A DNA stretch of 64,000 bases. It comes from Candidatus Heimdallarchaeota archaeon (GTDB taxonomy: Archaea; Asgardarchaeota; Heimdallarchaeia; JABLTI01). Below the pieces are notes generated by a model. That model saw only the letters and a list, made by a program, of their open reading frames with translations, did no database searches and was not told where the DNA came from. The stretch is from assembly GCA_018238155.1 (NCBI GenBank), contig JABCTZ010000001.1, forward strand, positions 51,691 to 115,690, read 5' to 3'. Within the stretch, counting starts at the first letter, position 1, and each line of letters opens with the position of its first letter. This document shows positions 57,869-64,000 of this stretch, piece by piece. A program made the position numbers and the translations under genes.

Positions 57869-59077
57869 CTAGTGTAATGAGTTTCTAGTTAGAGTTTTAA
57901 GAATCTTAAGTTGACTTGTCCATTTATCAATTGCTATCGCTACATGTTTAACAGATATTTTTTTCTCTGAAGTTTTTACTTGTTCAACTAATGCGATGAA
58001 AAATAGTAATGAAATCTGCCGAGGAACAGTTGATGAAAAACTCATCACAAATTCATCCTTGCCAAATTTATTCACAATAATTGTTGTGATCCATTTTGAT
58101 ATACTCCCTAATAACTCTAAACCTTTTGGAGTGAAGGATATTCTATTTATGTAATTTTCAATTAGCAATGGATTACTATCTCCAAAAATGAGTAATTCGA
58201 AATCTTCTAAAATAAAGAGCAGTTCTTGAGAACTAACTCGAGTAAGGTCTTTTTTAGCCCCATAGATTTCACAGAACCCATGAATTGCTGCGATAAATGG
58301 TCGTATTGAACAATTCAAATGTTTTTTCAATGATTCAAATGATTCTGGTAAATTGCTTTCCCATTCTGCATAAGCTGTACTACTTAAGTGGTCATGTGTT
58401 GACTGCTCAAAAATGATTCGAGGTATTTTATTCCAAACTTTTTGATCATCTATTAAATATAAATTGTTTAGAATTTTGAACGTTGTTGTGTCTAATTTAA
58501 AAATCAAATAGCGAACAATATCATATCCAGTATCTATTGCTTCACTTGAAACTTTGAATTCAGGTTTTGCTTTACTTACTGCTATAAGTCTAGCTAATAA
58601 GAGAATCATTGCACGTATTTCTATTTCTATTCGAGTTACATGTTTTTGATTTAATTTCTGTTCTTTGAGAAAAGAGACTAAGCGATTAACTTTTCCATTA
58701 AGATTATTTTTTGTTTTCATATCGCCCTTTACTAGTAAGAGAGCATTTAATCTTCCTTTTAGATTTTCACTTAATGGTAAACCAATATCAAAATTACCTT
58801 TTGGCATTAATTCCTCAACAAAATCTCGAGTAATAAGAAAACGCAAAAATGCGAATGCTTCTACTACATCTTCTGATTGGATGTTTTTGTGTTCATTGCT
58901 TTTCGCTGAAGCCGCGGAAAGAAACATAAGCACTTGTGGTAATCCTAGCTGTTTAATAGTTTCTTTCGGATATTCTCTTGAGAAAAAGCCAAGCTGTTTT
59001 TCGAGCTCTGCTTTTGCTTTTTTATCATATTTTTTCGAAGCAATTTCAGCCAAATCAGTAAAAGTACCAGTAAACAT
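57869..59077 (-). CDS. Hypothetical helical protein with about four AAA-lid/histone-fold-like repeats
   Basis: Long ORF; repeats end in A...A.....(I/V)S.E(D/H)V..A-like motifs; no P-loop. Confidence 0.5.
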   Translation of the reverse strand: MFTGTFTDLAEIASKKYDKKAKAELEKQLGFFSREYPKETIKQLGLPQVLMFLSAASAKSNEHKNIQSEDVVEAFAFLRFLITRDFVEELMPKGNFDIGLPLSENLKGRLNALLLVKGDMKTKNNLNGKVNRLVSFLKEQKLNQKHVTRIEIEIRAMILLLARLIAVSKAKPEFKVSSEAIDTGYDIVRYLIFKLDTTTFKILNNLYLIDDQKVWNKIPRIIFEQSTHDHLSSTAYAEWESNLPESFESLKKHLNCSIRPFIAAIHGFCEIYGAKKDLTRVSSQELLFILEDFELLIFGDSNPLLIENYINRISFTPKGLELLGSISKWITTIIVNKFGKDEFVMSFSSTVPRQISLLFFIALVEQVKTSEKKISVKHVAIAIDKWTSQLKILKTLTRNSLH

Positions 59078-59322
59078 TCAAGATCACTTTTTTTGGTTTC
59101 CACGAACTTTTGAAACATTCTACACTTGCCTTGTTTAAGTTCATCTAGTTTGTTATAAACGGTTCTATCTTAAAATTACTGATATTACTTGCATATTTTT
59201 TCTATTAAATTAGAATAAACAAAGAATACCTAAAAGGTTAAAAACAAAGTCTTCACGAATTTTAGCAAGAAGCAAATAACGGTATTGTTCTATACAAACA
59301 ACTAAGGATGTAGGTTAAAAAA

Positions 59323-59976
59323 ATGACTTATTCACGCAATGGAAATAACGTAGAAAAAAAAGTACTCGATATAATATTAGACCACACACGCATAGTTCAC
59401 GATGGATCCAAAGCATTAGATGATCTCTTAGATTGTTGTAAAACAACTGGTCGTGAAGACTTCAACAAGACTTTTGAAAAATTGGAACAGTTAGAAGCAA
59501 AAGCAAATGGTTTGAAAAAGAGCGCAGTAAAAGAAATTGCTGATGCAGGACCTTCTTTATTATTTAGACAAGATTTGACAAGAATCAGTAAAAATATTGA
59601 TCAAGTTATTGATCTTGCCCAAGGAGCAGCATTCTTCTTGAAGCAAATTGATAGTGAATGGATTCCTCCTGAAAATATCTCTACAAATCTTCAACAACTT
59701 TCTAGAAGAATGATTGCATCAACAAAAGCATTAATTGATCTTGTTAGAGCACTCTACCAAAAACTCGATAGTGTTATTGAGATTTCTGAAAAAATAGAAG
59801 TACTAGAAAATAAAGCTGATGTTAACTATAGGGCGATTATAATTGAACTATCAAGATTAGATGCTCCAAAAGGAACTACAATGATGCTGAGAGAAACAGT
59901 TGATCGTATTGAAAATTTAATTGATGCAGTTCGTGATAGCTCATCTAATATCCGAATATATGCAATGTCAAGATAA
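59323..59976 (+). CDS. DUF47 (PhoU-like) phosphate transport regulator
   Basis: LE.KA...K, R.DL......D...D, LENKAD and E...D motifs. Confidence 0.85.
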   Translation: MTYSRNGNNVEKKVLDIILDHTRIVHDGSKALDDLLDCCKTTGREDFNKTFEKLEQLEAKANGLKKSAVKEIADAGPSLLFRQDLTRISKNIDQVIDLAQGAAFFLKQIDSEWIPPENISTNLQQLSRRMIASTKALIDLVRALYQKLDSVIEISEKIEVLENKADVNYRAIIIELSRLDAPKGTTMMLRETVDRIENLIDAVRDSSSNIRIYAMSR

Positions 59977-60104
59977 TTGATGTTGTTCTTCTTCTTCTTT
60001 CAACTACCAATTTACTCAGAATTGACTTGAACAATGAAAAAGTATAAGATTAACAAGAATAATTTTCAGCTGAAGAAAAATTAGTTCATCAATTCAAAAT
60101 ACAA

Positions 60105-60698
60105 TTGGATTTGCAAATCACTATGACTCCTTCAGATTCCAAAATATCGAGAGCAATAATCACTGAGCTAATTGATGATAGGGTAATGATTTGGAATCAT
60201 TCTCAAGGGGCGAAGATGTATAATTCCGGCTTTTTTGGAAAACCTGTGGGTATTCGAAAACCACAAGGAGATGAATTTGATCGTCCTGTTGAACTCTCTC
60301 TCCTTGAAGCTTGTTTTTTATTGAAAGCAAAAAGAATTCGTGTTATTAATAGTGATAAATCACAAGAATTTACTTACAAAGAATTGTTCAATATAAGCAA
60401 ATCAAAAATAGAGTTATTTGAAGAAAAAATGCTTATTTATGAAGATATTCGACAAAGAGGGTTGATACCCAGACCCGGCTTAAAATTCGGTGCTGATTTT
60501 GCCGTCTATCACAAAGGACCTGGGCTTGATCATTCACCATATGTTATTACTGCAAGATCAAGAGGAACAAAACTAACTGCAATAGAACTCGTGCGAGCTG
60601 GAAGACTCGCAACATCTGTAAGGAAAAAATATGTTATTGCTACAATTCTCTCAACAAATGAAATAAAGTATTATGGCTTTGTTTGGAAAAAACCGTAA
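60105..60698 (+). CDS. endA: tRNA-splicing endonuclease, catalytic subunit
   Basis: L.LLEA.FL, GLKFGADF.VY..GPG..HS.Y and R.A.SVRK motifs (Tyr/His/Lys triad). Confidence 0.93.
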   Translation: MDLQITMTPSDSKISRAIITELIDDRVMIWNHSQGAKMYNSGFFGKPVGIRKPQGDEFDRPVELSLLEACFLLKAKRIRVINSDKSQEFTYKELFNISKSKIELFEEKMLIYEDIRQRGLIPRPGLKFGADFAVYHKGPGLDHSPYVITARSRGTKLTAIELVRAGRLATSVRKKYVIATILSTNEIKYYGFVWKKP

Positions 60699-60735
60699 AT
60701 CATTAATAAACTAACAAAAAAGTACTTTTGGTGAA

Positions 60736-61719
60736 ATGATGTCTCTCGAAAAAAGTGACCCAAATTCTATTATTAATATTGAAATACGGAAACGACTTGC
60801 TAAACAAGGTTATCAATTATATGGAAAACAAGTGGCAGTAAAGAAATGTCTTTGGACCCACAATTATTTGAAAGAAGATAGATATTGCTATAAATCAGCG
60901 TATGGGATTGAGAGTCATAGATGCATTCAAGCTACTCCAACATTGCTTTGTAATCATCAATGTTTATTCTGTTGGCGATTAATGGAGAAAGATATTGGTT
61001 TAAAACCAACTTGGAAAGCAGAAGAATCTGATTTCGACACACCTGAAGAAGTGTATCAAGGATTATTATGGGGCTGGAAAAGGTGTATTTCCGGCTATAA
61101 ACCAGTTGTATCAAAAGAGAAATTCGAAGAAGCTTCTACACCAAAACATGTTGCATTAAGTTTAGCCGGAGAACCTACGCTCTATCCTTTTCTCTTAGAA
61201 TTACTCACTTTATTGAAAGAAAAAGGACTAACAACATTCGTTGTTTCAAATGGAACTAGTCCTGAAGTATATCAGAAAATGATTGACACAAATATTTATC
61301 CAACTCAATTATACACAACGATTCCCGCACCAAGTAAAGCTGACTACAAAAAAACTTGCAAACCATTAATTGCTGATGGTTGGGAACGAATAAATCAAAG
61401 CTTGGAAATAATGTCAAAAATGACCTGTCGAACTGTAACAAGGTTAACTTTAGCAAAGAAAATCAATATGATTCGTCCGAAAGATTATGTGCCATTAATA
61501 AGAAAAGCAAATCCTACTTTCATAGAAATTAAGGGATTTGTTCCTGTAGGATTTTCACAATACAGGGTTACTCGAGACAACATGCCGTATATCGAGGATA
61601 TTCAACCTTTTGCAGAAGCTATTCGAAAAGAATTACCTGATTATAAACAAATTTTCTCTATGGAAGAAAGTAAAGTAGTTATTCTTTCAAATGGAAAACA
61701 TCCACAAAAGATAATTTAA
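60736..61719 (+). CDS. taw1: 4-demethylwyosine synthase (radical SAM)
   Basis: VKKC.WT, CYK..YGI.SHRC.Q, CxxxCxxCWR and SL.GEPTLY motifs. Confidence 0.95.
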   Translation: MMSLEKSDPNSIINIEIRKRLAKQGYQLYGKQVAVKKCLWTHNYLKEDRYCYKSAYGIESHRCIQATPTLLCNHQCLFCWRLMEKDIGLKPTWKAEESDFDTPEEVYQGLLWGWKRCISGYKPVVSKEKFEEASTPKHVALSLAGEPTLYPFLLELLTLLKEKGLTTFVVSNGTSPEVYQKMIDTNIYPTQLYTTIPAPSKADYKKTCKPLIADGWERINQSLEIMSKMTCRTVTRLTLAKKINMIRPKDYVPLIRKANPTFIEIKGFVPVGFSQYRVTRDNMPYIEDIQPFAEAIRKELPDYKQIFSMEESKVVILSNGKHPQKII

Positions 61720-62069
61720 TCTCCTTTTCTTCTTGGAATTTTTACCCCAGTATTCACTCTTGCAGAAACGTTAGGATATTCTGAGTAGCTTTCTCTAACT
61801 AATTTTCTTCTTTCGATGCATTTCATTTCTTTATCAAATTCAAAGTGTGAAATATCGAAACGAATAACATTATCTTTAGATTCTATAAGTTTCTCTAAAT
61901 CTATTGGAACCATAATTTTCTTCTTGAACAAACGAGTCACTTTAATTATTGCAAATGGTTTATTTTTCTTGATTATTGTTCCCAATATTTGTTCTATTCG
62001 AGCGACTTTTCCTATATATACAGAATCATTAGTCATTGCTTTTTTACCAAGAATGTGTTTAAAATTCAT
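61716..62069 (-). CDS. Small PRC-barrel-like protein
   Basis: ILGKKAMTNDSVYIGKV..I PRC-type N-terminus. Confidence 0.55.
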   Translation of the reverse strand: MNFKHILGKKAMTNDSVYIGKVARIEQILGTIIKKNKPFAIIKVTRLFKKKIMVPIDLEKLIESKDNVIRFDISHFEFDKEMKCIERRKLVRESYSEYPNVSARVNTGVKIPRRKGD

Positions 62070-62156
62070 TAAAGTCTACCTGAATAAATATATTACTTTT
62101 ATAGATTTAAATATTTCAGAAAAAAAACTGTTGTTTGAACAACAGCTTTGATTATT

Positions 62157-63782
62157 TTATTTCAAGTTCTTCTTAATAGAAGATATTACATGCTTAACAC
62201 CTATTGTATGAATATACGGTCCTATTTTTGGACCACGATCTGTGTTAAGGAGTATTTGATATAGTAGCTTGAAGAAATCTCGAGGCTTAATTTCGCTTGC
62301 TCTTGCAGTTTCAAAGATAGTGCTTTGAATTGAATCAGGATCATCTAAACTTTCAATATTCTTGATCAAAGTTTTTAGTGCTGCTTTTTGCTCTTTATTG
62401 AGTTTAATTTTCTTTTCTTCAATAGACTTGAAATCAGTAACCCAGTTTGTCGCAAAAGTAATTCTTTCTCTTACATCTTCGATTGTTGAACCTTCTCGTA
62501 AGTAGCCATATTCTTGTAATCTAGTTTCTAGAAATTCATCTCGAGATACTTTTGGTGCAACAGAAACCAAATTTACCAATAAACTATATGGAATTTGAAG
62601 AGATGATTTTTCAGGTGGTTTGAGGTGACAACAATATTCAAACAAACCATTGAGCTTTCTTTTCTTAGCTGCATTTGATTCTTTTATTCTTTTAAAGTAA
62701 ACATTTTCGAGAAAATCTACCTCTTTCATATAAACAGGAATATCTTCTACTGATAAAGTTCGGCTACCAGTCATTCTTTTATAAGTTAATAATGCTAAAG
62801 ATTGAGTTGAACCATACTTGAACCATGTTTGGGGAGTGAATACATTGCCAGTAGATTTGGAGATTTTTGAACCGCTTTTATCTAGGAACATCTCATATCT
62901 GGCATGTGTAGGTGGCTCGTAACCAAAAATTTCATCGCAAATAGTATCATTACATGTGACTGATTCGAAGATATCTTTACCAAATGCTTCAAAGTCAATT
63001 TGCAAAAGATCCCAACGAGCAGCAAATTCTACTTTCCAAGTTAATTTTCCGTCATCTTTAGAAATATCTGCCCAACCATGGTGACCACAACCTTCAAGCA
63101 TTTTACCTCGAATTTCATCGCCTTCACATTTATATTCAACTTTGCCGTTTTTGGCATCGAAGGAAATAGCTTTCGTAGTGTAGATTCTTCTACACTTCTC
63201 ACAAACGGCATGATATGGTAGAACATGGATATATTTTTCTGAACCAGTAGTTTCCTTAATGATTTCTCCAGCACGCTTTGTTTTTGATAAAACCTTTTTC
63301 ACTTGGGGCGCCATCTTACCAGAGCTATATAGATTATGAGCTGATTGAGGGTTTACTTCAATACCCGCTTCTTTGATTGAATCAATAAGTAATGATGACA
63401 TATGTTGTCCATAACTGTCGTGACAACCCCACGGATCAGGTATTTGAGAAACAGGTTTACCTAAATGTTCTTCTAGTTCAGGAGGCGTTCCAACTGGTAC
63501 TTTACGTAAACCATCCATATCATCTGCAAAAGCAATAAATTCTGATTTTCTACCAAGGTCTTCCAAGGCCAATTTAAATCCATAAGCGCGAGAAGCATCG
63601 GCAAAGGAGCCAATGTGGGGGAAACCAGAAGCACCTAACCCACTTTCTGTACGTAAAAGTTCAGGATGTTTACCCTTGAGGTTATCTTTGCGTTCAATAA
63701 CATTTAATGCTATTTTATCAATCCAAGTACCTCGTCCTATGACTTCTTCAGAGTCATCTCCAAAATCAAATTCTTCTGCCAA
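62157..63782 (-). CDS. lysS: Lysyl-tRNA synthetase, class I
   Basis: SG.PHIG, D.MDGLRKVP, GKL.WKVE, FE..GKD, KISKS and GPK.G motifs. Confidence 0.96.
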   Translation of the reverse strand: MAEEFDFGDDSEEVIGRGTWIDKIALNVIERKDNLKGKHPELLRTESGLGASGFPHIGSFADASRAYGFKLALEDLGRKSEFIAFADDMDGLRKVPVGTPPELEEHLGKPVSQIPDPWGCHDSYGQHMSSLLIDSIKEAGIEVNPQSAHNLYSSGKMAPQVKKVLSKTKRAGEIIKETTGSEKYIHVLPYHAVCEKCRRIYTTKAISFDAKNGKVEYKCEGDEIRGKMLEGCGHHGWADISKDDGKLTWKVEFAARWDLLQIDFEAFGKDIFESVTCNDTICDEIFGYEPPTHARYEMFLDKSGSKISKSTGNVFTPQTWFKYGSTQSLALLTYKRMTGSRTLSVEDIPVYMKEVDFLENVYFKRIKESNAAKKRKLNGLFEYCCHLKPPEKSSLQIPYSLLVNLVSVAPKVSRDEFLETRLQEYGYLREGSTIEDVRERITFATNWVTDFKSIEEKKIKLNKEQKAALKTLIKNIESLDDPDSIQSTIFETARASEIKPRDFFKLLYQILLNTDRGPKIGPYIHTIGVKHVISSIKKNLK

Positions 63783-63922
63783 GTAGTTAACCTTCTATTA
63801 TGAGTTTATTCTTAATGGTTTAAACAAAAATAGCTTGGATATAAATTAATTGCTTCTACTAATGAAATATTTGATAAAAAAAGATAAGATATTGGATACA
63901 AAAGCATCCAATAGATCGTCTA

Positions 63923-64000
63923 TTATTTTAGTTTTGGATCCAATGCGTCTCGAAGCGCATCTCCCATGAGGTTGAATCCCAAGATGGTAATAAATATCAT
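63923..64000 (-). CDS. C-terminus of an oligopeptide ABC permease (OppC/DppC-like), partial
   Basis: Manual translation ...MIFITILGFNLMGDALRDALDPKLK*. Confidence 0.85.
   Translation of the reverse strand: MIFITILGFNLMGDALRDALDPKLK

Noticed and set aside
1-64000. CRISPR arrays, tRNAs, rRNAs
   Set aside because: No regularly spaced repeats or cloverleaf signatures were seen by eye; the only GC-rich non-coding islands are the sRNA and the RNase P RNA. A tRNAscan/Infernal run would confirm.

Overview
An AT-rich archaeal chromosomal segment. Asgard/Heimdallarchaeia affiliation is inferred from gene content, not from a phylogeny: eL15/eL34/eL38, class I LysRS, EndA, Taw1, a GPN-loop GTPase, Get3, DUF106, a TRAP-beta-like protein and a GF-TM-basic sorting tail. 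Most of the window is housekeeping (pyrBI, sucCD, scpB, a serine/glyoxylate cluster, tRNA-maturation genes). The ORF track misses four things read directly from sequence: a type A RNase P RNA (52346-52683, -), a dual-guide C/D box sRNA (48243-48326, +) predicted to direct 23S Gm2251, a Nudix pseudogene, and two partial CDSs at the window edges. The best candidate for an undescribed system is a four-gene cassette present twice (15181-20018 and 38441-43230): a ~180-aa secreted protein of unknown family, an internal hairpin/poly-T terminator, a large FtsX-like permease and two distinct ABC ATPases. Both copies follow a colinear ~120-bp promoter/leader with a nearly invariant hairpin, although the proteins are highly diverged. 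Also notable are a domain-permuted CdvA-like coiled-coil/PRC-barrel protein, an Rpp30-Pop5 fusion near the RNase P RNA, a triple TRAP-beta-like protein near Get3, a leaderless pilin-like gene and a His-less pseudo-kinase. No CRISPR array, tRNA, rRNA, transposase or integrase was seen. All family calls are by eye from motifs; no searches were run.
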